A stretch of 23,082 nucleotides of DNA, taken from positions 1 to 23,082 of the IMG/VR virus record IMGVR_UViG_3300032038_006582. One strand, given 5' to 3'. Origin of the DNA: a virus. The position numbers were made by a program, and so were the translations under genes. Shown here in pieces: positions 8,196 through 16,280 of the stretch. The notes beneath the pieces were generated by a model, which saw only the letters and a program-made list of their open reading frames with translations, was not told the origin of the DNA and made no database searches. Every line of letters begins with the position of its first letter. Position 1 is the first letter of the stretch.

Positions 8196-8319
8196 TGTTT
8201 TCACCTTCTTTGGCAAATTTCAGTATTCTTTCTTCGAGCTTTAATGCTCGTATTATGTTTTCTCCGTTGGTCAGTTCACCATTAGGGAGTATGACCAGGG
8301 TTTCGTTTTCGATTTTCAT
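8188..8319 (-). CDS. Hypothetical 43-aa protein, first gene of the early operon (MKIENETLVILPNGELTNGENIIRALKLEERILKFAKEGENNG)
   Basis: Manual translation. It overlaps the next gene's start and lies downstream of a TATA box. Confidence 0.6.
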   Translation of the reverse strand: MKIENETLVILPNGELTNGENIIRALKLEERILKFAKEGENNG

Positions 8320-8356
8320 AGTACCAAAATTCCTATTTTGTGCAAAAATTTTTAAG
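8313..8356. repeat. Imperfect direct repeat, copy A
   Basis: Shares TTTTCATAGT, TCCTATT, TGTGCAAAA and TTTAAG in the same order with 8751-8793. Confidence 0.7.
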
Positions 8357-8398
8357 TCAAGAAATTAAGTCTTGCTTATATTATAGTTAGTCGTCATC

Positions 8399-8420
8399 TT
8401 ATATAAAAGTTACTACTTTT
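8399..8420 (-). promoter_or_regulatory. TATA box of the leftward (early) promoter with an adjacent palindrome
   Basis: Minus strand reads AAAAGTAGTAACTTTTATATAA. AAAAGT-N4-ACTTTT (8405-8420) overlaps the BRE/TATA position. Confidence 0.6.
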
Positions 8421-8455
8421 TAGTGTGAAGTGATAGTAACATATATTAATCATAA

Positions 8456-8474
8456 AAAGTATAATTATATATAA
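8456..8474 (+). promoter_or_regulatory. BRE/TATA of the rightward promoter for the AbrB-like gene
   Basis: AAAAGTATAA followed by TTATATATAA (8465-8474), about 20 nt before the ORF. Confidence 0.6.
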
Positions 8475-8493
8475 CAAAAATAGATATAGGAGT

Positions 8494-8673
8494 ATGATAA
8501 TTTTGAAACAACATACAAAAGTACATAAAGCAAATAACACCAGTAATAGCCTTAAAGCGACTATTCCAAAGGCTATCTGTGATGTTTTAGAACTTGAGCA
8601 TTTAGATGAAGTAACTTGGACTGTCAATGTAATTGACGATCAGAAGGTGGTGACAATCAAGAAGAGAGAATAG
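8494..8673 (+). CDS. AbrB/MazE/SpoVT-like swapped-hairpin transcription regulator, 59 aa, putative repressor (alternative start TTG 8503)
   Basis: Manual translation MIILKQHTKVHKANNTSNSLKATIPKAICDVLELEHLDEVTWTVNVIDDQKVVTIKKRE. TKV...SL-x-TIPK-I...L-L...D-V-W is the archaeal AbrB pattern. It has its own TATA box and GGAG, and is the only credible plus-strand gene. Confidence 0.85.
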   Translation: MIILKQHTKVHKANNTSNSLKATIPKAICDVLELEHLDEVTWTVNVIDDQKVVTIKKRE

Positions 8674-8750
8674 TAACAAACTATATATGCAATCATCTTT
8701 AAAAATAGTAACATGGTTGCTGAAGATAAACAATGCTATAAAGTAAAGGT

Positions 8751-8793
8751 TTTTCATAGTTCAAAAAATATATCCTATTGTGCAAAATTTAAG
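8751..8793. repeat. Imperfect direct repeat, copy B
   Basis: See copy A at 8313-8356. Confidence 0.7.
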
Positions 8794-8892
8794 GTTAATT
8801 ATTATTTTAACTAATGGAACTCTCTTTTTTTTTATCGTATTATTCTCTATTCTAACTGCTTTGGCAGCCATACCCCTACTAATTTTTATTTT

Positions 8893-10011
8893 CTATAACT
8901 TGTAACCTAATTCTTCAAGTATCTTTTTCACCTCCAAACGTGCAGCCTCCTTAACATTGGCTTGTAATTCATCATACCGTCTTTGCAATTCTGCAAATTC
9001 ATTCGTTGTGTCCCTCTTCTCTTCAAGAATAAACAACCGGTGCATATTCAAAGCATACTTTCTTTTCATATCCAGGGGATTGTCAAGGAAATAAGCCTGA
9101 TGCACTTTATTTTTACCCCTGCCCTGCAAACTATCCACCAAATTGACCGGTAAAGCATTCTCGCCCTGCGATAATTGGCTCGCATGAAACTTACGGAGCA
9201 TATGTGGCCTGAACCGACGATTATGACCAACCTTCCCCAAACCGAGCTTGTCATTCAGGTGTATGAATTTCTGTGTCAGGTAAAGGTGGCCAATCCCGAA
9301 TAAGGCACTATCATTCGTTAGGCTTCTTTCACAGCCGCATAGGTAATCGATTAAGGCCCTACTTGACTCTGGACTGCTGAAAGTGTAATAGTCCTTACCT
9401 GTTTTTTGTCTGTGGATTTTCCAACAAGGCACAATATCCTGGTTTGGATCCAACTCTTCCAGGACTTCATTTATTGTTTTGGAATTATGGTATTCCTTTG
9501 TTGCTTGGATGAAGTCTTGTACTTGTAGGTTTGTGGTTTCGGCTCGTGCCGTTCCGCTGCTACTCATGAATAGTATGATGGCTCTCATCTGGGAGTCGGT
9601 ATTGTTGACTGCTCTTCGGATTATGTCCCTGGTTGGTAAATCCTCGTACCTTATTTGAGTGTTGGGCTTGTTGCGTGTGCTGACACTTGGCAGGGCTTGT
9701 AACTCGATTTCGTAGTATCGGTAGATTGTTAGTATCCTTGCCAGGTATGTTTTTGTTGTGGCCTTGTACTCGTATTTTTGGAGTAGGTATGCTCGGAAAC
9801 CTATCAATCGTCGTCTTATTGTTCGGTGTTTCCATCTTACTCCGTCCTCCTCTTCTTTTTCTGCTTCTTGTATTAACTCGTACATGCTCATTTGGTTGTA
9901 GGTGGTGTATTGTCTCATGGCACATTCGTAGTTTTTTATCGAGGACAGGGTTAGGTTTTTGGATTGTCTTATTTCTTGAAGTATTTTTTTGTCTTCAATA
10001 ATCATAGGCAT
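8893..10011 (-). CDS. int: Tyrosine recombinase / integrase
   Basis: SSGTAR (R), RQKTGK (K), HMLRK (HxxR), LQGR and QAYF (Y), with an N-terminal helical core-binding region. It lies between the lysis module and the switch. Confidence 0.9.
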   Translation of the reverse strand: MPMIIEDKKILQEIRQSKNLTLSSIKNYECAMRQYTTYNQMSMYELIQEAEKEEEDGVRWKHRTIRRRLIGFRAYLLQKYEYKATTKTYLARILTIYRYYEIELQALPSVSTRNKPNTQIRYEDLPTRDIIRRAVNNTDSQMRAIILFMSSSGTARAETTNLQVQDFIQATKEYHNSKTINEVLEELDPNQDIVPCWKIHRQKTGKDYYTFSSPESSRALIDYLCGCERSLTNDSALFGIGHLYLTQKFIHLNDKLGLGKVGHNRRFRPHMLRKFHASQLSQGENALPVNLVDSLQGRGKNKVHQAYFLDNPLDMKRKYALNMHRLFILEEKRDTTNEFAELQRRYDELQANVKEAARLEVKKILEELGYKL

Positions 10012-10054
10012 TCCTTATGTTTGTCTGTCTGTTTTTTTATAAAATAAGTGAGAG

Positions 10055-10152
10055 CATTTGATAAGTATTCGGGTAAAGTTATTGTAAATGGGTGTTTATT
10101 AAATATGTAAGTTTTGTTTTATCCTAACTTTATCAGGGTTTTTTATCAAATG
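10055..10152. repeat. 10-bp inverted repeat plus phased TTTATC motifs upstream of int
   Basis: CATTTGATAA (10055-10064) / TTATCAAATG (10143-10152); TTTATC at 10118, 10129 and 10142. Confidence 0.55.
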
Positions 10153-10208
10153 TGTATGGGATACCTAATTTTTTGTCCTTTTTTGGTTATAAAATGGGGT
10201 GTTGGTAA

Positions 10209-10259
10209 TAAAAAAAGGGAGTGAAAGTAATAAAAAAAGAATAAAAAAAGTAAAAAAAG
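10209..10259 (-). terminator. Four T7 tracts ending the late/lysis operon
   Basis: A7 runs on the plus strand at 10210, 10232, 10243 and 10252, directly after the holin stop. Confidence 0.65.
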
Positions 10260-10269
10260 TTTTATGGTT

Positions 10270-10572
10270 TTAGCAGTCAGCCTCCTCATCGTCTTGTTCG
10301 ACTGGTGGCACTGGTTCGATGTACTCCTCGTTCAGGATTATGGGTTGTCTGATTTCACCGACCTGTGCCGGCTCATCAATAGTTGGAGTATTATCAAGGA
10401 AAGCCAATGTATTCGGATACTTCGCATCAACATAAGCAATAATAAGACCCACTATTGCAAGGATTATGCTTATCACTTGGTCTTGTGTCTGAGTGTCTGC
10501 TATGATATAGGGGAGGACGGTTAATAAGACCATTTTCACGATTGTACTAATATTTCCAGTATGATTACTCAA
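10270..10572 (-). CDS. Holin-like membrane protein, about 100 aa (likely start TTG 10572)
   Basis: Two hydrophobic segments (IVKMVLLTVLPYII; VISIILAIVGLIIAYV) and an acidic tail, downstream of the endolysin. GAGGTGA RBS precedes TTG 10572. Confidence 0.7.
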   Translation of the reverse strand: MSNHTGNISTIVKMVLLTVLPYIIADTQTQDQVISIILAIVGLIIAYVDAKYPNTLAFLDNTPTIDEPAQVGEIRQPIILNEEYIEPVPPVEQDDEEADC

Positions 10573-10588
10573 TTCTTTCACCTCATTA

Positions 10589-10777
10589 TTATTGTACATA
10601 GTTCCCATTCTCATCCGTAAAGACAATATCACTCTTATTAATAATATTCTCCTTATGGTTTCTTTCATTGATTTTTGCTTGGTATTCAATCACGAGTTTA
10701 TGATCGCCCAGGCAATCATATAGTCGGTTGGCTATTTTTTGGTTTATTAAGATTTTTTGTATTGTCATAAGCATCAT
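10589..10777 (-). CDS. Hypothetical 62-aa protein in the lysis cassette (start revised to ATG 10777)
   Basis: TAATG overlap with the endolysin stop. Confidence 0.6.
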   Translation of the reverse strand: MMLMTIQKILINQKIANRLYDCLGDHKLVIEYQAKINERNHKENIINKSDIVFTDENGNYVQ

Positions 10778-11865
10778 TATTTTTTTGTAACTATCATCAA
10801 AGCAGGCTGCCCTCCAGGAGTATTTGCTGCATAATGAGCCTGCAAGGAATACGGCCTCCATTGAAGATGACCTTGATAAGCATTAGCGTTAACCTTGTAG
10901 CCTAAACTGTTCAAAACCCTTATTCTCTTGTTAACAGTATCTATCTTATCCGCCTCTTCGTAATGTCCGCAGATTGTGCCGGTTGCTTTTTCTCCTGAAT
11001 CCTGATAACCTATATGCCATCCTACCGCGGTATCGGGTCTTGACATTAGTTTTCCAACTGCTTCGAATCTTTCATCAATTGTGTCTCCCATACTGCTGAA
11101 GTTTTTCCAGGTAACGTGTAGGTTGACTTTGTATTTTTTAGCAGCTATTGCGATTGCGGTTTCCAAGCCTAAGTGACTTGTACCTGCGGTTGTGGTTCCG
11201 GCCCAGCTCATCAAGGTTGTTTCAGGGATGGTGATTCCTAATAGTTTTTTCAGCAATTGTTGCAGTAGGTTTGCTCCGCAGCTGTATGGGAATTTCTGTC
11301 CTAGGTCTTCTGCGGTTGTTAACAAGTGTGGTTTGCTTGTGTAAATTTTAGTTTTTCCACTTGTTTTTTTATTGGTTGATGTAGGTTTACTTGGTTCGGT
11401 TTTTGTTTTTGTAGTCTCCTTTTTATTTACATCAATATACTTGCTTGTAAATAGGCAAGTCTTCGGCAAAACCTTATTTTCCTTGTAGTATACTATGATT
11501 TTAGAGATGCCGTATAGGTAGGTTGTGAAGTCTGCCTTGTTTCTTATGGTTACTACATATGAGGGTACACGATTATTTTTACTGCAATACTCGTTAAATC
11601 GGTTTATCATATCCAAATAGGTGGTTTTACTGCAATTCTCATTCAGTTTTACACTAAATCCTTGATTAGACTTGCCAATTGCTTTAACATTAAAAGTATC
11701 TGCTTTAAGGTTGCTGATGGTTCGGCTTATCAAGTAGGCGACCGTGTATGGTGTGTATTGGTTGCCTTGGATTGTGCAGTACCGTGGAAGCTTCTTGTTT
11801 TTCTCGATGAATGTTTTGATTTCAACTGCTTCTTTGATTATGTTTTTTTGTGTTATTCGTGGCAT
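10777..11865 (-). CDS. Endolysin: pseudomurein-binding repeats plus a C39-like cysteine peptidase (PeiR-like pseudomurein endoisopeptidase)
   Basis: N-terminal repeats (FIEKNKKLPRY; YCSKNNRVPSY; YYKENKVLPKT) resemble PMBR. A K/T-rich linker is followed by SCG (Cys196)...GTS...GHY (His301). The gene is upstream of the holin. Confidence 0.85.
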   Translation of the reverse strand: MPRITQKNIIKEAVEIKTFIEKNKKLPRYCTIQGNQYTPYTVAYLISRTISNLKADTFNVKAIGKSNQGFSVKLNENCSKTTYLDMINRFNEYCSKNNRVPSYVVTIRNKADFTTYLYGISKIIVYYKENKVLPKTCLFTSKYIDVNKKETTKTKTEPSKPTSTNKKTSGKTKIYTSKPHLLTTAEDLGQKFPYSCGANLLQQLLKKLLGITIPETTLMSWAGTTTAGTSHLGLETAIAIAAKKYKVNLHVTWKNFSSMGDTIDERFEAVGKLMSRPDTAVGWHIGYQDSGEKATGTICGHYEEADKIDTVNKRIRVLNSLGYKVNANAYQGHLQWRPYSLQAHYAANTPGGQPALMIVTKK

Positions 11866-11910
11866 AATCTTCTTTTCCTATCATTATTATTCTTTTTTTG
11901 TGTCTGTCAA

Positions 11911-12612
11911 TTAAAATAATGCATATACCCCAGTAAAAACACAAGGAGTTGCTTGATTTGTGCCAGTCCACCAGCAATATAATTGGACTTGACCATTAGG
12001 TATTATGCAGAGACTTGTCTGCCTACCCTTATCAAAATTAAGACTGTATGCTTGTGTGAACCAAGTTTGAGTAGTTGGTCGATACTTCTCTGGGAGTGTA
12101 CCCAAAACATTGTAACTTCCAACACTACTGCTTGTAACTGTAACACTATTATCAATCCAACTTAATTTTACAAGTTTATCACCCAATAATGTGAAATTCA
12201 TAGGAGCTGCACCACTTACATTGCTCGGATTGATGGTAGTAGATTCGGTAGTAATTATACTGTCGCTTATCGAACAAACAACACAATCATCTCTACCATC
12301 GGATACGGTGATGGTATCCGCAACATTCACACTTAAGCCAAGTGTAACAGTACCACCACTACCAGTAGTAACCTCTACACTACTTGATGCAGTAATGCTA
12401 GTACCATTCATACTAACAAAACTGCCACCAGTACAAGTAACAGTACGGGTCTGTCCATTGGCAGGGTCGCCGAACACATCATTAACAAGTAAGGTTATTG
12501 TAACAGTATCCCCTACACTAGGACTGTAATCATTACTGGTTAACTTGTCAATGTAATAATTATCCCCTAGAATTTCACTTATACTTACATTACTTCTCTC
12601 ACTCATACTCAC
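11911..12612 (-). CDS. Putative receptor-binding / tail fibre protein: Ig-like domain plus a C-terminal head domain
   Basis: VGDTVTITLLVNDVFGDP...GTVTLGL is an Ig-like (Big_1-type) pattern. LGTLPEKYRP...LCIIPNGQVQLY is typical of phage fibre C-terminal heads. It is the last gene of the tail module. Confidence 0.6.
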   Translation of the reverse strand: MSMSERSNVSISEILGDNYYIDKLTSNDYSPSVGDTVTITLLVNDVFGDPANGQTRTVTCTGGSFVSMNGTSITASSSVEVTTGSGGTVTLGLSVNVADTITVSDGRDDCVVCSISDSIITTESTTINPSNVSGAAPMNFTLLGDKLVKLSWIDNSVTVTSSSVGSYNVLGTLPEKYRPTTQTWFTQAYSLNFDKGRQTSLCIIPNGQVQLYCWWTGTNQATPCVFTGVYALF

Positions 12613-12956
12613 ACCTCATCTACTTCAATATACACACTCTTATTCAGTACACCAATACTGCAAGTCATATCCTCATCAGTTGTTTCCACGTACAAACTCT
12701 TATTAGTCAAGCCGAAGCTTAACAATCCCGTATTCTCGGTCTGCACGTACAATTCTTTTAACCCAGTATCCACGCCGAAGATGAAACCATAAAGGGTGTA
12801 GCCGAACTGATAAACAGTCTGCAACACACCATTGACTGTATCGGTCATCTTCACCAGGATACTCTTATTCAGCATATAATCTTCAAGACTATGCTCACTT
12901 ATTACATTCCCATAGCACCTTAAACGGGTTGGGCTTATTAGGATTTTCTCAACCAA
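12609..12956 (-). CDS. Small tail/fibre-associated protein, 115 aa (TTG start)
   Basis: Coupled to the next gene (ATGA). The C-terminal half has three similar strands (GLKELYVQT / TNKSLYVET / LNKSVYIEV). Confidence 0.55.
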   Translation of the reverse strand: MVEKILISPTRLRCYGNVISEHSLEDYMLNKSILVKMTDTVNGVLQTVYQFGYTLYGFIFGVDTGLKELYVQTENTGLLSFGLTNKSLYVETTDEDMTCSIGVLNKSVYIEVDEV

Positions 12957-12986
12957 TTTAATTCACACTCCAATACTACTTTTTTT

Positions 12987-15900
12987 TTAGAAGAAACCAT
13001 TAGGATAATTCGGACCCTGATAACTATGAATAGTCCCAGGAACATTACCATATTTTGGGTTATTTAAGTGGTTGCCCCAAGGCTTACGATACTTCAACAC
13101 AGGGTCCACATACCGCCACTTCCCCGTGCTAATAGTGGTAATCTTACCCAAAACATGACCATCACGACCGCGACTAGTATGCACATACTCCAACCTTAAT
13201 GTTTCAGTGCAACCGGCAGCATCCATAAGGGTAAACATGAACCTTGTACTATCACAACAATTCGCACCCTTCACCTTCATAACATAGGTTGGTGAACGCC
13301 TGAAATTATCATAATAATCATACCTAAGATTACTCTTTTTACCACACCACGCAGCAATCTTCTTAGCCGCTGCCAAACCTGTACTATTGCCAACTATGTT
13401 TTTGGCAAGTTGGACTAGGTTCTTATTGATCGTGTAACTCTGGGTTCTTGTTTTACTGGACTCAACATTCTTGGCTTTGACGGTCTTTGTGACTGTGTCA
13501 TAGTACATCTTACCCTTTTTAAGGGTGTAGGCTTCGGTTTTCTTGCTTATTACTGGTTTCTTGTACATTTTCAACTTTTTAGGGTTGCTTCCGTGGTTTG
13601 CACCAGTAATTGTTGAGAAATCGGCATCGCATTTTTTACAGAATATGTGTCCTTCGGCTGAGCCTCCTTCTCTTTTGCCTGTGGCTGGGAATTTTCCCCA
13701 GTTCGCAGATTCATTACCTGCCCAGAAGATACTCCAATACAATTCCTTACTGCCACAGAATGGACATTTCCTTTTAAACACGGTTTTATAAAATTTGTAA
13801 CCATATTTTGCAAGTTCACCACTCGCGGATGGTCGACCAATAGCCATCAAGTATTTACCATCAGGTGATACACCATACTTTGAGTAGTATCGTTTGACAC
13901 TCTTTGTAGACTTACTTGTCTTTTTAGTGGTTTTCTGCTTCAAATTCGCAGGGGTCTTCTTCTTGGTATCCACAGGCTTCGGCGGTGTCTCCACAGTACC
14001 AGACACATTGACCTGGACAGTATTTGTGGCTTCTTCGTACTCTTCATCACCACCAAAACTTATGACCAGTTCGTAGTCTCCTGGGTTAAATTGCAGGTTC
14101 AGCCTTGCGTAACCATCAGCATCAGTCAACCTGTTATATGTGTGCTTGGTCAAGGTCTTACTACTGCCATTATCCTTTACCGTGTACAAGGCGAAAGTAA
14201 CCAGTTTATTTGCCAAGTATTGGGTGCTATAGGTGTCGGTCTCATCATAATCCAAATTCTCAAGCCTAATACTGTATAATTTTTCATTCGGATATTTAAA
14301 TGATACATTACTTGCAAGGATGCTTGTTTCCTTTGTCACTGCTTTAATATTATTCAAACTATAATTGGATAACTCAATAGTGTTTTTGGCTACATCATGA
14401 GCCTCCTTATGAGTCTTAACCACACGGGCAGTAACAAGTTCTGAATAATCAGGGAGTTTCACATAAACCTTATCGTGCAGTTCATAATCGTTGAAGCTTC
14501 CTTCTTTCCGTAGGTTAGCGACATCTAAGGTGATGTTGAATTCCCTAGTGGATTTTTCTTTGAGTTTCATTGCAACATCATTGTAGATTGCTAGGGCTAC
14601 TTCGTCACTGGTTTCGACGGTTCCCATCTTCGGACGATTCAACAAGAAATCGTCTCTTACATCTGGGTTGCCATACACGGTTGTGTATTCCATATTAGGA
14701 ATATTTTCGGTGCTTACGTGCAAATCACCCGCCAGTTTCGTATATGGTGCTTTCCAGTAAGCAGTTGCTCGCCAGTATTCCCATTGACTATTAGATGCGG
14801 TTTGTGTGTCAACTTGGTCTTGTGGGTGGTATGGTCTCTGCCAGAAATTACTCTTGGAACTTGCTCCCATTTGCTGCTGTGCCATACTGGTATCATTCGC
14901 TTGTATCTGCACCTTCTCGATTATCATCGGTATTGTTTCGCCCTTAGTGACGGATAGGTTCTTCCACGCTGTTATGATGTTGTTCATATCATTCCTTGTA
15001 AGACCATTATTGTCATCAAGGCTTAGGATTGGGCTTATGCTGGTGAATGTTTCGGTCTCATCTGTCTCGAATTGCACATTCTCCAAGTTAAAACCGAAAT
15101 CCAATACTTCCTCGTGCACATGACCTATTTCACGATTGATACAAGTCATATACAAGATTAACTCGTTTTCAGTATCATAGATTGTAAAGTAGCAATCATC
15201 TGGAATGGTAGTGTTTTCAATAGTGTCAGGGTCATCTGCTACTGTGATGAAGCTTTTAGGTTGAACACCACAAACATCAGAGGGTGCGACGGCGAAGCTT
15301 TTACCCTTGATTTCCATTCCGAGTGTGCCGTGATTCATTGAAAGGCAGATTACAATATTTGCATCACTGCCATCTAATCCGACTGTTTCAGCGTTCCAAC
15401 TGAGTGGTGTGTCTCCTTCCTTGTAGACCAACCCATCACTATTCAACAATTCACCATCAGAGTTAGTGATTCGGAGTTCCGTACTTGTTGGATCTATATT
15501 TGCTAATACGGTTCCATCTTCAAAGTTTACTATGTCGTCTTCTTCTTCGACGTCTTCGTAGGTGTCGGTTGTTGGGTTGCCATCGGAGTCGTAGATTTCT
15601 GGGGTTGTATTGTTTTCGGTTACGAAATCATACTCTATATTCAATTGCCAGTTCTTGCTTACATCTATCGGATTCAAGAAGTCAAGGTAACGGTGGATTG
15701 TATTGTTTAAACAATCCTTCTCGTACCTTGTAACAAAGACATTACCGGTTTCCTCTTCAATATACCTTAACAATGCCATCAAGTTAATTGTACCATTCAA
15801 GCTAATATGGTTGTAGGCTTTGTTCATTGCATATTGTACTACTCCAATATTAAACCAGTCTCCAAACCAGTAATGCAGGGCATTGTAGTCAATATTCACT

Positions 15901-16277
15901 GATTGTTGTCCATTGGTTACACTTACATCAAAACCATTGCTACTGGTTAGTTCGTTCTGTGTGAATAATGGAGCATAGTTAAGCTCGACTAATACTTCTT
16001 CCAATTCAGTATGGAAACTGTTCTCTTGGTATACATCGGTCTCGACTGGTGTGTTTATGACGTATAGGCAGTCGGTTAGGTTGTTGTCGCCACTTATCCA
16101 GACCTTATTACCAATTCGGAATAGTTGCTTGTCTTCGTGCAAGTCTTGGAACTGGTAGGTGAAATCAAGTGAGCGTAAGCCTCCTTGTTCGTGTGTCTCT
16201 GTCAAGTCACATAATTCTGGGTCGAGGAATCGTAGGAATTCCTCATCACCAGTCATTACAACAATAGTTAATCCCAT
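12987..16277 (-). CDS. Tail-tip / tail-associated lysin (Tal-like hub) with an Ig-like domain, a Cys4 domain and a C-terminal transglutaminase-like Cys protease
   Basis: Follows the Dit gene and has a hub-like N-terminus. TD-x-DG-x-A...G-x-Y...F-x-G-D Ig repeat at about aa 666-758; CPFC (838/841)...CKKC (880/883); NCCD (Cys1007), GHV (His1041), YVDP (Asp1058). Confidence 0.8.
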   Translation of the reverse strand: MGLTIVVMTGDEEFLRFLDPELCDLTETHEQGGLRSLDFTYQFQDLHEDKQLFRIGNKVWISGDNNLTDCLYVINTPVETDVYQENSFHTELEEVLVELNYAPLFTQNELTSSNGFDVSVTNGQQSVNIDYNALHYWFGDWFNIGVVQYAMNKAYNHISLNGTINLMALLRYIEEETGNVFVTRYEKDCLNNTIHRYLDFLNPIDVSKNWQLNIEYDFVTENNTTPEIYDSDGNPTTDTYEDVEEEDDIVNFEDGTVLANIDPTSTELRITNSDGELLNSDGLVYKEGDTPLSWNAETVGLDGSDANIVICLSMNHGTLGMEIKGKSFAVAPSDVCGVQPKSFITVADDPDTIENTTIPDDCYFTIYDTENELILYMTCINREIGHVHEEVLDFGFNLENVQFETDETETFTSISPILSLDDNNGLTRNDMNNIITAWKNLSVTKGETIPMIIEKVQIQANDTSMAQQQMGASSKSNFWQRPYHPQDQVDTQTASNSQWEYWRATAYWKAPYTKLAGDLHVSTENIPNMEYTTVYGNPDVRDDFLLNRPKMGTVETSDEVALAIYNDVAMKLKEKSTREFNITLDVANLRKEGSFNDYELHDKVYVKLPDYSELVTARVVKTHKEAHDVAKNTIELSNYSLNNIKAVTKETSILASNVSFKYPNEKLYSIRLENLDYDETDTYSTQYLANKLVTFALYTVKDNGSSKTLTKHTYNRLTDADGYARLNLQFNPGDYELVISFGGDEEYEEATNTVQVNVSGTVETPPKPVDTKKKTPANLKQKTTKKTSKSTKSVKRYYSKYGVSPDGKYLMAIGRPSASGELAKYGYKFYKTVFKRKCPFCGSKELYWSIFWAGNESANWGKFPATGKREGGSAEGHIFCKKCDADFSTITGANHGSNPKKLKMYKKPVISKKTEAYTLKKGKMYYDTVTKTVKAKNVESSKTRTQSYTINKNLVQLAKNIVGNSTGLAAAKKIAAWCGKKSNLRYDYYDNFRRSPTYVMKVKGANCCDSTRFMFTLMDAAGCTETLRLEYVHTSRGRDGHVLGKITTISTGKWRYVDPVLKYRKPWGNHLNNPKYGNVPGTIHSYQGPNYPNGFF

Positions 16278-16280
16278 ATT

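Noticed and set aside
8394-8627. 77-aa minus-strand ORF in the switch region
   Set aside because: It is antisense to the much more convincing AbrB-like gene and runs across both TATA boxes.
8602-8757. 51-aa minus-strand ORF starting at the ATG inside repeat copy B (MKNLYFIAL...)
   Set aside because: No recognisable features, and it overlaps the AbrB-like gene in antisense. A non-coding antisense transcript remains possible.
9066-10001. Alternative-frame and antisense ORFs inside the integrase (62, 121 and 104 aa)
   Set aside because: They are nested in a clear integrase and are explained by local compositional skew reducing stop codons.
10572-10599. Lambda-like dual start (holin/antiholin) using ATG 10599 and TTG 10572
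   Set aside because: The upstream ATG lacks a well-spaced RBS and lies inside the previous ORF. The evidence is too weak.
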